This document shows, piece by piece, positions 36,959 to 48,793 of a DNA stretch of 64,000 nt (positions within the stretch are counted from its first letter, which is position 1; every line of letters starts with the position of its first letter). The translations under genes and the position numbers were made by a program. Where the stretch lies: contig CM052816.1 in the NCBI GenBank assembly GCA_028534125.1, positions 310,001 through 374,000 on the forward strand. Reading direction: 5' to 3'. Source of the DNA: Lama glama (lineage: Eukaryota). Below the pieces are notes generated by a model, which saw nothing but the letters and a program-made list of their open reading frames with translations, made no database searches and was not told where the DNA came from.

Positions 36959-37086
36959 AAATTAGCTCCTTTTGGCGGTGATGTGACTGGCTTATAGCCA
37001 TGGCAGACCCAGTGGTCTTTCCAAATTAGCTCCATTTGGCGGTGATGTGACTGGCTTATAGCCATGGCAGACCCAGTGGTCTTTCC
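36959..37086. repeat. 64-bp tandem duplication (2 copies, 1 mismatch)
   Basis: AAATTAGCTCC(T/A)TTTGGCGGTGATGTGACTGGCTTATAGCCATGGCAGACCCAGTGGTCTTTCC at 36959 and 37023. Confidence 0.95.
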
Positions 37087-38044
37087 ATTATACTTAATCT
37101 CTTCACATCTTCCAACTTCTCACCTCGCACTTTCATGTCCATGCCTGGGCCCAGGGAGACTGGGTGGGAAGAGTGTGTATGGAAGGAAGAAGGGCCCCTT
37201 TTGTGCACCACGAGTCATGTTTCCATATTATAATGCTCCTGGTGATCTTCAGTGTCCAGGACTTTGGCTCCATTTATCCTTTGGGATCTCAAATAGACCA
37301 GATGTCTCTTACCGTGGGATATGAGAATACACTTTTGGGTGTTCTAGCAGCATCCAGATTCCCTCACCCAGCACCACATGAGGATTCTCCCTAGTCAGAG
37401 ATGTTTGTGTTTCTTTGAGCCTGATAAGGGGAAGTTCCAACCACAGAATCATCCTTGACATTACCTCAAGACTGAATTTTGGATCAGCAAAGTTTTAGTT
37501 GTTCTGGGACACTCCTCCTTCCTTGCACATGGCTGCAGAAGTTATCTGTGCACCCACGTGTCACAAAGCCTGGGCTCCTGTTTGGTCTGCAGTGTTTAAA
37601 GTAGACCAAGAGAAGAGGGTTGGTAGATATGCACCTTTGATACACACCTCTGAGATATGGAATATTCTTTTAAAAGTAAATTTCGGTTTCCTCTTGTCTT
37701 CAACTAGTACGTCCTGTATCAGTGTTCCCTTTGAGTTTGATTATAAATTTAGAAATGGAAAGTAATAAGGAGCTTTTCCTATACCAGCATGCTTTGTGAA
37801 GGGTAAGGTACTGTAGTAGCAGCCACTGATTGGTAAACTAGTATTTATTTCATAGCATTTCCTAGTGATTCAAGTGTATGTCTGTCCCTCCTGAACTGGT
37901 TCACAGAGATGTCTGTGAACTAACTGTAGTTTCCTTTTGTTAAGGGAGGTTAACCTCAAGTAGAGATGGGCTGTGGTCCCATGTTGACTCCTAAGTGCCA
38001 CCACATAACAATTTGATATTGTATCAGTATAAAATGATTCATAG

Positions 38045-38049
<5 letters not shown>

Positions 38050-38098
<49 letters not shown>
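38050..38098. repeat. (AT)n microsatellite
   Basis: About 24 AT units. Confidence 0.97.
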
Positions 38099-38102
<4 letters not shown>

Positions 38103-38149
38103 AAACCTGCTATGAATCATTCTGACATGTTGTTATAATAGAATATATT

Positions 38150-40300
38150 ATTTACACAAATAAATTTGAAAAATTTTGAAATATTGGCCAATTCCTAGAA
38201 AACGATATCAAAACTTACCCAAGAAGAAATAAACAACTTGAACAGTCATATAACCTTTTAAATAAATGGAACCATGATAAAAAAGTCTTCTCATAGAACA
38301 AGATTAAGCTTAGTAGCTTTACTGGTAAATTATGTAAAATGTTCTGGAACAAAATTTTTCTGTACTGATGGAGTTCTTTAAGAGAATAGAAAAGAGATAT
38401 ATACTCTTTAACTCATTTTATGTAGCTAGCATAGCACTGATACCAAAGTCTGACAAGGAAAGTATAAAAAAATTAAAATTACAGGCCAATCTTTTATGAA
38501 TGTCAGTATCCAAGTCCTAAACAAAATGCTGGCAAACTGAATGGAGCAATACATGAAGAGCATAATATACTCAGATCTTAATCCAGGAATGCAAGGTTGG
38601 TTCAACAGCAGAACATTAGAAAATCAATATACTCAAAACATTAAGAAACTAAAAGAGAAAAGACATGTTTTTACCTAAAAAAAAATGCAGACTAAAAGTG
38701 CTTGATAAAACTTTTACATCATATCCAGAATAAAAGTTTTATAAAATTTAGCATATATTCATGTTAATAAAGTTCTTAATAAACTAGCAATAAAAGGACA
38801 GCTCCTTAATCTGATACAGGGTACTGAAGAAAACAGCAAAAATTGCACTTAAAGGGAAACCTTGAGAGCCTTTCCTTTTAATTGGAGCATTTCAAGTGAC
38901 TCCACTGTCACAACTTGTGTCCAATATTGTATAGCCTATAAGGGGGAATATAAAATAAAGTAATAAAATTTAGATAAAGCAAAAGTGTACTTAACAATGC
39001 AGAAAACAGAAAAAGGTAAATTTTCAGAGTTAGTAAGAAAGCTGAGAAAGATCACCAACATACAAAATACACAGAAAACACATCTATTTTGATGTACCAG
39101 CAACAGAGAGTCAGAAAATTACACCAGCATTAAAAGTATCATTCTTCTAATTCCATGTCTAATAAAATATGTTTAAGGCTTCTGAGGGGGAATATTATTA
39201 AATATTTTAGGGAGACAGTGGGGGAAATCTCAATGAATGGGGAGGTGTTGTCCATTCCTAATGAGAATCCAAGGAAAAGTTCTCTTGTGGGTGCATCAAA
39301 ATTGACAAGTTGATTCCGAGGACCAAGTGGAACCAAAGCACTTATAAAGAAGAACAAAGGGAGAGCATTTGATCTGCCAGGTCTCAAACATATAAAGCTA
39401 CAGCAATGAAGACAGCTGGATTTCAAAGCAGGGCTAAATACCTAGAGCAAAGGAACAGAGTAGTGAGCTCCAAAACAGACCGGCACATAAACAGACTTCC
39501 CATTCTTTTTCTGATTTTTCACCCTGCAGTGCTAGCGTGTGGTATAGAGAAAGGGGGGTCTTTTCATAAATGGTGCCAATACCATGTAACTATATACACA
39601 TATCTCTCTTCTTATATCTCCATTTCTCTGTATTAAAAATGGACGTCTCCCTCACAGCACACACAAACATCAACTCTAGGTGGGTTAGAGACTCCAATGC
39701 GAAACATAAAACAAGCTCTTAGCAGATAATATAGATTATTTAATGACCTCAGGGTAATCAAAGATTTCTTAAACAGGATATAAATGCATTAACCACGAAG
39801 GACAAATTGACATACTTGCCTGTATTAAAACTAAGAACTTTAAATCAACAGAAGATACATAAAAGATGAAAAAGCAACTGACAAAGATGGAGATATTTAC
39901 ACACCCGTAATTGTCAAAGCTCTAATATAAAAATATAAAGAGCTCTTGAAAATGAATAAGGAAAAGACAGACAGTGCTACTGAGAACTGGACAGAAGCCT
40001 TGCAATGACACTACAGAAGAGCAAACACCAAAAGCCAAAAAGATCAGAAATGGTGCTGCATTTTGTAAATCGTCAGGGCCGTGCGAAAGAATGCCCAGGA
40101 AGTTCAGCTGCACGCCCCGAGATTGCCGATAGTTGACAGCACTGAGGGTAGACAGCATGGAGCCTCAGGGACTGTCATGCACTGTGAGTGAGGATGCTCT
40201 TTGCACAATCATGTGGGAAAGACTGCACCATCTAAGAAGGTTGAGATGTGCATGCCTCATGATCCCACAGTTCCTTTCCTAAAGGAATATGTGCAGAGGT
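38150..40300 (+). mobile_element. Old, degenerate LINE-1 ORF2 remnant, sense; related copies at ~26340-28380, ~30110-32160 and partial at ~35200-36400
   Basis: A-rich sequence with L1 RT-region motifs such as CCAGGAATGCAAGGTTGGTTCAACA (38583); no long open frame. Confidence 0.7.
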
Positions 40301-40515
40301 GAAATCTTTCACAAAGTCACTACTTGGAACACCATGCAGAGATCAGTGGTGGAATGTGTAGATCCATTATGGGTCCTTGTTGCACAACTAGCACAGAACC
40401 TGGAGAACTTTCTAGTCCCCCTGCCCATCTGTCCATAGGCCTTCCTTCCCTAGTGCTCTGCCTTCCCGACTCAGTTGGTGTCATTGACCCCCCCTGGATC
40501 CCTGCATCCCTCCAG

Positions 40516-40791
40516 AACCTATGATGATGTTTGCCAAGGAGCAGCCAGTGTGCAGGGAGGTACAGGCCAAGGCAGGAGCCAGTGCCACGCTGAGCTGCGA
40601 GGTCGCCCAGGCCCAGACGGACGTGACGTGGTACAAGGACGAGAAGAAACTGAATGCAAGCTCAAAAATGTGCATGGAGGCCGTGGGCCACACCCGGAGG
40701 CTGGTGGTGCAGCAGGTGGGGAAGGCGGATGCTGGGGAGTACAGCTGCGAGGCCGGGGGCCAGAGGGTCTCCTTCCGCCTGGGCGTCACAG
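40516..40791 (+). CDS. OBSCN: Obscurin array-A Ig exon, copy A6, 276 nt
   Basis: CTCCAG|AA and CAG|GTATGT; EPMMMFAKEQPVCREVQAKAG...; open frame. Confidence 0.9.
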
Positions 40792-42100
40792 GTATGTGCC
40801 AGGCTGGGTGGAGGGGATGAGTGCCTGACAAACTGGGGGCAATTAGTACATCTCCAGCAGATTGGGGGACCTGTGTGTTGGGCCTGTGCTGGGTTCTCCT
40901 CTGATGCAGTCACCCCAGGGCTCTGTCCACTGGCGAGGTCCTTGAGTTGCTTGTCACAGCCCCTAGTCTAGGACATTCTTGGCATCTGCTGCCCCAGGTC
41001 CCTGCACCTCTCCACCACATCCCCACCTTTCCCAGCATGAAGCCTGCCACAGAGGCTCCCTCTGTCGTCTGCAGGTTGCTAAGGCCTGTGGTCTGTGGGA
41101 AAGGCCATTCGCTGTCTGTGGTTGGCAAGGGGGCCCTAGTCCCCTGGGAGGCTTCCTGGGCAGCTCTGGAGCTCAGCCCAGCTCTGGGGAGCCTCTGGCC
41201 TTGGATGCCCTGCCCCCATTGGGTCTGGAGTCCCTGTCTCTGGCCGTGGGGTCCTGATCATCCAGTTACCTTTAGGTCAGTCCATTACGTTGCCCTCTGC
41301 TCAGATGCCTACCCTGGCCTGAGCCTGGGCCAAGCCAATGTGCTGCCTGCTCCTGAGCCTCCCACCCCTTCTGGCTGCTGATGACATTGCTGGGTTATGG
41401 CCTTCTGAGCTGGCCGGAGCTGTCCCTGTCCCCAGCTGTGGCCCTTGCCCACCTGTCCACAATCCTGCAGCCAGCGTGGTCTTTCCAGGTGCTCCTCTAG
41501 GTCAGCCCTCCCAGGGCCTTCACCCGCCCCCTTCTCTTTCTTGGCTTTGCCTCCATGCTTGGCTGCTGGAGGCACGGAGGCTGCTTCCCACCTCTCAGTC
41601 TGTGCCGGAATCCCCTCTACCCAGTGCATCTCACAGGGGTTCCTTCACCCAGACTGTCCTCCTCCACCTCCCTTCCTGGCCCTGCTCCCCATTGCTCATC
41701 TAGAATGCCAGCCCCAGGAAGTGGTAGGGGCACTGCGAACTGCCTGTCCCCGCTTTCCCTGTATTGTGTTCCCTGGGGGAAGGGGGCAGGGGGCAGGTAT
41801 CCTAGACTCTCAGCTCTTAATCGAGCAGAGCTTGGGGCCCCCAGGCCTGTGGTCCCAAGTGGTTCCTCCTGGCTGCCCGCACTGCCCCTGTGAGCCTGGG
41901 TGGTGGCTGGCAGGTGGGGTCTGGCCCTGCTGCCTTGACTCTCTGGCTTGCTCAGCAGAGAGGAAGCGGTGGAGAGCTGGACAGCCGGGGCTTTTTCATT
42001 ACAAGTCTTCTCCCACCATGTGGTCTGGAGGGGGGACGAGGCCCAGGCCAGGGGTGCTAGGGCCCTTCTCTCTAATGCTCATTGACCACCATCCCCTCAG

Positions 42101-42385
42101 AGCCAGAGCTTGAGCCCCCAGCCCCGGAGAGACCCAGCCGCAGGGAACCTCTGGTGGTCAGGGAACACGAGGACATCGTCCTGACCGCCACGTTGGCCAC
42201 ACCCTCTGTGGCTGCGGTGACCTGGCTCAAGGACGGTGTGGAGATTCGCCGCAGCAAGCGGCACGAGACAGCCAGCCTGGGGAACACCCACACCCTGACG
42301 GTGCGTGGCGCGCAGACCATGGACAGCGCAGTCTACAGCTGTCGCACTGGGTTAGAGGGGCAGGACTTCCCCGTGCAGGTGGAAG
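42101..42385 (+). CDS. OBSCN: Obscurin Ig exon (EPELEPPAPERPSRREPLVVREHEDIVLTA...), 285 nt
   Basis: CCTCAG|AG and AAG|GTGAGC. Confidence 0.93.
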
Positions 42386-42519
42386 GTGAGCAGGGCCACC
42401 GGGGCGGTGCTCTGGGAACCCCCTGCCTGCGGTGTCCTGGAGTGGAGCTGGGGACGGGGCTCCAGGCTGGTGCTCGCGGCCCCAGCCCCACCAGGCTGAC
42501 GTCCCCTCCCCTCCCCCAG

Positions 42520-42786
42520 AGGTGGCCGCCAAGTTCTGCCGGCCCCTGGAGCCCGTGAGCGGGGAGCTGGGCAGCACGGTGACGCTGACCTGCGAGCTGA
42601 GCCCGGCGCAGGCCGCGGTGGTGTGGCGCTGCGGGAACACGCAGCTCCGGGCCGGCAAGCGCTTCCAGATGGCGGCCTCAGGGCTCCTGCGCTCCCTCAC
42701 GGTGTCCGGCCTGCGGGCGGAGGACGCGGGCGAGTACGTGTGCGAGAGCCGCGATGACCGCACCAGCGCCAAGCTCACCGTTAGCG
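42520..42786 (+). CDS. OBSCN: Obscurin Ig exon (EVAAKFCRPLEPVSGELG...), 267 nt
   Basis: CCCCAG|AG and GCG|GTACGC. Confidence 0.93.
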
Positions 42787-42952
42787 GTACGCCCACTGCC
42801 GGGCTGGGTCGCCCGGGCGGGCGGGCGGCTGGGCGGCTGGGCGGCGCATTCCCGGGCGGCTTCCTGGAAGAGGTGTCCTTCCGTGGCGGCGTCTACAGGG
42901 TGGGGGTCCCCGCCCCTCCTGTCCGTTTCTCAAGTGGAGTTCCTGTCCGCAG

Positions 42953-43222
42953 TCCCCCGCGTGGTCAAGTTTACGTCGGGGCTGAGCACCGTGGTCGCCG
43001 AGGAGGGCTGCGAGGCCACCTTCCAGTGCGTGGTGGCCCCCAGCGATGTGGCGATCACGTGGTTCCGGGATGGCGCCCAGCTACGGCCCAGCAAGAAGTT
43101 TCTCATATCGCAGACGGGCGGCAGCCACAGCCTGACCATCGTGGGGGTGGCCCTGGAGGACGCCGGCCAGATCACCGCAGAGGCGGAGGGCGTCACGTCC
43201 GCGGCTGCCCTCCGGGTTCGAG
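42953..43222 (+). CDS. OBSCN: Obscurin Ig exon (VPRVVKFTSGLSTVVAEEG...), 270 nt
   Basis: CCGCAG|TC and GAG|GTGCGC. Confidence 0.93.
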
Positions 43223-44167
43223 GTGCGCATGTGGGGCGGCAGGGAGGGCACACCCGTTCCTCCCAGCGGGCACCTTCTAATGGGCTGGTCGCAGGGCGGT
43301 ATCCTGCTGTTGTCCTGTGTCCAGCTCGCCTGACTGACCTCAGGAGACACGGGGTTTGCCAGCTGATGAGAGAAGCCTAGGGTGGGGCGGAGGAACCAGG
43401 CACCTGCTCCCAAGGGGAGATAGTGAACTCCTGCACTGCACACCTGGCCAGGAAGTGGGCAGGGGTTCAGATGCTGGAGGGGGGAGTCTTCCTAGAGGAA
43501 ACAACCCCTGCTGAGCCCAAAGGATGGCGAGGGTTGGGAGAGAGGGGAGTTGGCAGCCATTGCAAGCAGATGCAGGAGGTGAGGACGTACTTTACTTGCT
43601 GAAGCCGCACTGTGTGGGGGAGGGTCAGAACTTTACCTGAGGGTAAGTGGGAACCAAGCCATTGCAGGTTCTTGAGTAAGGGAGTAACGTGGGCAGGTTC
43701 ATTTCTGGGGAGATCATGGCACAGCCTGAGGCTGGGAGGCCCACTCCAGCATTTTCTCTTCCTTAGCGTAGTGTGATCAGGGCCTAGTTAAAGTCTAGAG
43801 ACCTAGTTAAAGAGAGCCGGTCTGGGGGCTCAGAGCCTGCCTGTCTCAACAGCTCCCCGTGTCCTGATGTGGCTGGTCGCTGGCCACACTTAGGCGTTCT
43901 GGGCTCTGGTGGGGCGTGGCAGGAGGTTGTTCAGGGTGGGGAGCAGGTGGTGGGCCGGGGACTGGGGAAGGAGAACCCCCCTGAGCCTCGGTTTCCTTCC
44001 ATAAAGTCGTACCTGTGTAGGTGTGCAGCTGGCCCTGCCTAGCTTGGAGTTGGAATGTGCTGGAGGGCAGCTCCGCCCCAGGCTAGGGGTCGGGACGGGG
44101 TCTCTCTGTGCCCTGCCTTCCTGAGAGTGACAATGGCTGTAGTGACCTCCCTGTCCTGTTACTCCAG

Positions 44168-44434
44168 AGGCTCCAGTGTTGTTCAAAAAGAAGCTGGAAC
44201 CACAGACCGTGGAGGAGAGGAGCTCAGTGACCATGGAGGTGGAGCTGACGCGGCAGTGGCCGGATGTCAAGTGGACACGTAACGCCGTGGCCCTGGTGCC
44301 AGGGAAGAAAGTGGAGATCCACGCCGAGGGTTCTAGTCACCGTTTGGTCCTCCACAGTGTGGGTTTTGCTGACCGAGGCTTCTATGGCTGCGAGACACCA
44401 GATGATAAGACACAGGCCAAGTTGACAGTGGAAA
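44168..44434 (+). CDS. OBSCN: Obscurin Ig exon (EAPVLFKKKLEPQTVEERSS...), 267 nt
   Basis: CTCCAG|AG and AAA|GTGAGC. Confidence 0.93.
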
Positions 44435-44714
44435 GTGAGCAGCTTGGGGGCTCGGCATCCAGGAGGTGGCAGGGAGGGGAATGAACCTCCCCCTGGGGGC
44501 AGGGCCCTGCAGAAGGGGAGAAAGGGAGGGAGGGAGGGACGAGGGAACAGATCTTCACTCGCAGCGCAGCCTGAGGAGGGTGGGCAGGGAAAGAAGGAGG
44601 GGCAGACTTCCACCTGCAGGGGCAGACCTCTGCCTCCAGGGGAAGTGATCGGGGGAGGCCTGAGGGCCAGGGTCTTGCTGCAATGGCTCATCCGCCCTCA
44701 CGCTTGTCCCTTAG

Positions 44715-44981
44715 CGCGCCAGGTCCAGCTAGTGCGAGGCCTGCAGGCAGTGGAGGCTCAGGAGCAGGGCACAGCTACCATGGACGTGGAGCTGTCCCAC
44801 GCCGACGTGGAGGGCACCTGGACTCGCGACGGCCTACGGCTCCAGCCGGGACCCACGTGCCAGCTGGCAGTGCACGGCCCCACCCACACCCTCACGCTGT
44901 CCCGGCTGCAGCAACAGGACAGCGGCCTGGTCGCCTTCAGGGCGGAGGGTGTGCACACGTCAGCGAGGCTGGTGGTCACTG
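44715..44981 (+). CDS. OBSCN: Obscurin Ig exon (RQVQLVRGLQAVEAQEQG...), 267 nt
   Basis: CCTTAG|CG and CTG|GTGCGT. Confidence 0.92.
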
Positions 44982-45169
44982 GTGCGTAGGCATAGGTGGG
45001 GCGGGACTCACTGCAGAGCACCTGCCCATGCGCCAAGGTGGCCCAAGGAGGCAGGTGGGGGCAGGCATGTGGAATCCTGGGAGAGGGGAGTCATTCCTAG
45101 AACCAGCCGAGGGATTCCTTTCCCCACCCGGAGGCTCTGCTTCCCATCACCCTGTTCCTGTCTCCCCAG

Positions 45170-45282
45170 AGCTGCCTGTGACGTTCAGCCGCCCGCTGCA
45201 GGACGTGGTGGCCACAGAAAAGGACAAGGTGGTCCTGGACTGCGAGCTGTCGCGCCCCAACGTGGATGTGTGCTGGTTAAAG
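45170..45282 (+). CDS. OBSCN: Obscurin split Ig exon, first half (ELPVTFSRPLQDVV...WLK), 113 nt
   Basis: CCCCAG|AG and AAG|GTGCCT; 113+154 = 267 nt with the next exon. Confidence 0.92.
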
Positions 45283-45395
45283 GTGCCTCCAAACCCGGAC
45301 TCCTTGCCCCCTGTCGCCTTTCACCGTGGGTGGGCAGGAGTGGGACCACATTGCTAGGCAGTCCTAGCACCTGACCTGGCTTCGTTCCTCCACAG

Positions 45396-45549
45396 GACGG
45401 TGTGGAGCTGCGAGCGAGCAAGACATTGGGCCTGGTAGCCCAGGGGGCCTGCAGGAGTCTCGTCATTTACCGCTGTGAGCGTGGGGACCAGGGCACATAT
45501 GTGTGTGATGCCCACGATGCTCAAAGCTCAGCCTCCCTGAAGGTGCAAG
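45396..45549 (+). CDS. OBSCN: Obscurin split Ig exon, second half (DGVELRASK...SASLKVQ), 154 nt
   Basis: CCACAG|GA and AAG|GTGAGG. Confidence 0.92.
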
Positions 45550-45752
45550 GTGAGGGCTGGCCAGAGTGATGCGTCAGGGCTGGCTGGGTTGGCGGGGCAA
45601 GAACCTCCTGACCACCCTGCATCCACCAGCAAGTGCTTGGCCCTCTGGCTCTGCCTTTGCCTCGCGCCTCCTGTACCAGCTCAGCAGGCTGGGGAGTGGC
45701 AGGCAGACAGCTCTGTACGTCAGGGTGTGGCAGAACCTCCTTGCTGTTCCAG

Positions 45753-45914
45753 GCCGAAACATCCAGATCGTGAGGCCCCTGGAGGATGTGGAAGTAATGG
45801 AGAAGGAGGGTGCCACCTTCTCCTGTGAGGTCTCCCACGACGAGGTGCCTGCCCAGTGGTTCCAGGAGGGCAGTAAGCTTCGGCCCAGCGACAACGTGCG
45901 CATCCGCCAGGAAG
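45753..45914 (+). CDS. OBSCN: Obscurin half-Ig exon (GRNIQIVRPLEDVEVMEKEG...RQE), 162 nt
   Basis: TTCCAG|GC and AAG|GTGCGA; 162+105 = 267 nt with the next exon. Confidence 0.9.
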
Positions 45915-46011
45915 GTGCGAGGAGGACAGTGGGTGGGCTTCAGGAGGGCTCCCCCGCCTTTGTGCCCCCAGGCCGCCCCTCCTTTTAGTCCTGAATGACC
46001 TTTGTTCCTAG

Positions 46012-46116
46012 GAAGGACATACACTCTCATCTATCGGAGAGTCCTGGTGGAAGATGCAGGGGAAATCAAATTTGTAGCTGAAAATGCAGAATCACGAGCC
46101 CAGCTCCGAGTAAAAG
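46012..46116 (+). CDS. OBSCN: Obscurin half-Ig exon (GRTYTLIYRRVLVEDAG...LRVK), 105 nt
   Basis: TCCTAG|GA and AAG|GTGATG. Confidence 0.92.
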
Positions 46117-46858
46117 GTGATGGGGGCTCGGGGCAGGGTGTGGGCTGCAGTGTGTGCGTGTGTGTGCGTGTGTGTGAACAGGTACGTGTGCTGGGCCTTG
46201 CAGGACTGAGAGGCCAGCTGTGTCGGGGCCCCTCCTGGGGTGAGGACAGCAGTGACCCAGGAAGCGGAAAAGGGGGTGCCCCCTCCTTGGCTAAAAGAAA
46301 GTGGTTTGGGGGAGTCTGCCTTGGGGTCTCTTCCTTTGTTTAAAATGGAGGTACCAGTGGACCCTCCCTCCTGAGACTGCAGCAAGTGTCAGAGAGAAAG
46401 GGTGTGGGGGAGCGTAGAAGGCTTTTACCTGGTGGCCTTGGTGACAGTCAAAGTGGCTATGGGGCAGGAGCGAGAAAGGGTCTGGGAACAGGTGGGGGGC
46501 AGAGGGGAAAACCTGGATGCACAGGGTGAGGGTGGGGTGTGTTGAGAAGACGGACGGGGTGGAGGGGTGGGGGGTGGCGGGCATGCGTATGGCGAGGGCC
46601 TACTGGATGGTAGCGGGCATGCATGTGCGCCCACCTTCCTCGTGGTCAGATGTGAGCAGCCAGTGCCAGACCAGCCTGAGGGTGACACTCAGCCTGGCCA
46701 CCTGCTGGCTGTGGTGGTGGGAGGGCCCGCATGGGCAGCTTAGCCAGAGCATGAAGTCCCAGTCCGGCTGGTTGGAGGCTGGACTGTCAGAGCGGCCAGT
46801 CCTAGGGGTTTGGGATCACTGTGCATCTGCCCTGACCCCCCTGGGTGTGTGCCCACAG

Positions 46859-47125
46859 AGCTGCCAGTGACCATTCTACGCCCGCTGAGAGACAAGATCG
46901 CGATGGAGAAGCACCGCGGCGTGCTCGAGTGCCAGATGTCCAGGGCCAGTGCCCGGGTGCGGTGGTTCAAGGGCAGCGTGGAGCTGCAGCCTGGAGACAA
47001 GTATGAGATGGTCAGTGACGGCCTCTACCGCAAGCTAATCATCGACTCCGTCCAGCCTGAGGACGAGGACACCTACACCTGTGATGCTGGCGACGTTAAG
47101 ACCAGTGCCCAGTTCTTTGTAGAAG
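46859..47125 (+). CDS. OBSCN: Obscurin Ig exon (ELPVTILRPLRDKIAMEKHRG...), 267 nt
   Basis: CCACAG|AG and AAG|GTGCGG. Confidence 0.94.
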
Positions 47126-47391
47126 GTGCGGGCAGGGCTGGGTGGGCAGAAGTTCCTTTTTTTTTTCCCTCTGGGGGAAGGGACTCCAGCCTATATCATT
47201 TGCGGTGGCACTTGGAGTCGGCCAGGTCTGAGAAGGACCTGGACCTGACTGGAGGCATCGGGGTACCGGCGTGGGGGGAGATGCGAGCATGCCTGGGAGG
47301 GTTTGTTCCCAGGGAGGAACGCGGAGCCTGCAGGAGGGGCAGCTGGCGAGCCGCCACAGGACTGCCCCGGTGACCGGCTCCTCACCCCCAG

Positions 47392-47661
47392 AGCAATCCA
47401 TCACCATCGTGCGGGGCCTGCAGGACGTGACCGTGATGGAGCCAGCCCCTGCCTGGTTCGAGTGTGAGACCTCCATCCCCTCGGTGAGGCCACCCAAGTG
47501 GCTCCTGGGGAAGACAGTGCTGCAGGCTGGGGCTGACGTGGGGATTGAGCAGGAGGGCACAGTGCACCGGCTGACGCTGCGACGGACGTGCTCTACCATG
47601 ACGGGGCCGGTGCATTTCACCATCGGCAAGTCGCGCTCTACTGCCAGCCTGGTCGTCTCAG
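47392..47661 (+). CDS. OBSCN: Obscurin Ig exon (EQSITIVRGLQDVTVMEPAP...), 270 nt
   Basis: CCCCAG|AG and CAG|GTGAGA. Confidence 0.94.
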
Positions 47662-47786
47662 GTGAGAGAGTGCGGCCTGGCGGGTGGGCTGCGGGCAGAG
47701 CCGCTGCAGGGCAGGGCGCGGGCGTGTGTTCCGGCCAGTGATCTGGCCTGCTTTCCGCAGCACTCTCCACTCTTCTCCCACCGCAG

Positions 47787-48053
47787 ACATCCCCATGGTG
47801 CTCACACGGCCACTGGAGCCCAAGGTGGGGCGGGAGCTACAGTCGGTGGTCCTGTCTTGTGACTTCAAGCCACCCCCCAAGGCTGTGCAGTGGTACAAGG
47901 AGGAGACGCCCCTGGCACCATCTCACAAATTCAAGATGAGGCTGGAGGGCCACATGGCGGAACTGCGCATCCTGCGGCTCACGCCCTCGGACGCTGGCAT
48001 CTACCGGTGCCAGGCTGGCAGCGCCCAGAGTAGCGCTGAAGTCACCGTGGAAG
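47787..48053 (+). CDS. OBSCN: Obscurin Ig exon (DIPMVLTRPLEPKVGRELQS...), 267 nt
   Basis: CCGCAG|AC and AAG|GTATAG. Confidence 0.94.
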
Positions 48054-48144
48054 GTATAGAGTGAGGGTGCGCAGGGCCACCAGAGGGAGTCTAGGGGAGG
48101 TGGTGGTGGCGGTCACGCTGAGCTGTCCCATGTGCTCCTGGCAG

Positions 48145-48411
48145 TGCGGGAGGTGACGGTGAAGCAGCCGCTGCAGGACTTGGAGGTCACGGAGGAGGGC
48201 TCTGCCTGCTTCTCCTGCGAGCTGTCGCACGAGGACGAAGAGGTGGAGTGGTCGCTCAATGGGATGCCACTGTATAATGACAGCTTCCACGAGATTACCC
48301 ACGAGGGCCGCCGCCACACACTGGTGCTGAAGCGGGTCCGGCGGGTTGACACGGGCACCGTGTGTGCCTCCTCCCCCAAGGTTACGGCCTCGGCTCGCCT
48401 GAAGGTCAAAG
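48145..48411 (+). CDS. OBSCN: Obscurin Ig exon (VREVTVKQPLQDLEVTEEG...), 267 nt
   Basis: TGGCAG|TG and AAG|GTGAGG. Confidence 0.93.
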
Positions 48412-48526
48412 GTGAGGTGTCCCTGTGGGATCTCTGCCGACCCCTGGGACATGTGCCTGGTCCCCCCGCCCCCGCCCCAGGCCAGAAGTGGCAGCGTTCC
48501 CTCAGCCACCCACATCCTCCCTACAG

Positions 48527-48793
48527 GGAAGCCGGTGGTATTCCTAAAGGCACTGGATGACGTGTCTGCGGAGGAGCGGGGCACACTGACCTTGCAGTGT
48601 GAGGTCTCTGACCACCAGGCCAGTGTGGTGTGGCGAAAGGATGGCGTGGAGCTGGGCCCCAGTGACAAGTATGACTTCCTGCATACGGCGGGCACACGGG
48701 GACTCGTGGTGCACGACCTGAGCCAGGACGATGCTGGCCTGTACACCTGCGACGTAGGCACTGACGAGACTCACGCCCAGGTCAGCGTGCACG
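48527..48793 (+). CDS. OBSCN: Obscurin Ig exon (GKPVVFLKALDDVSAEERG...), 267 nt
   Basis: CTACAG|GG and ACG|GTGCGT. Confidence 0.94.
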
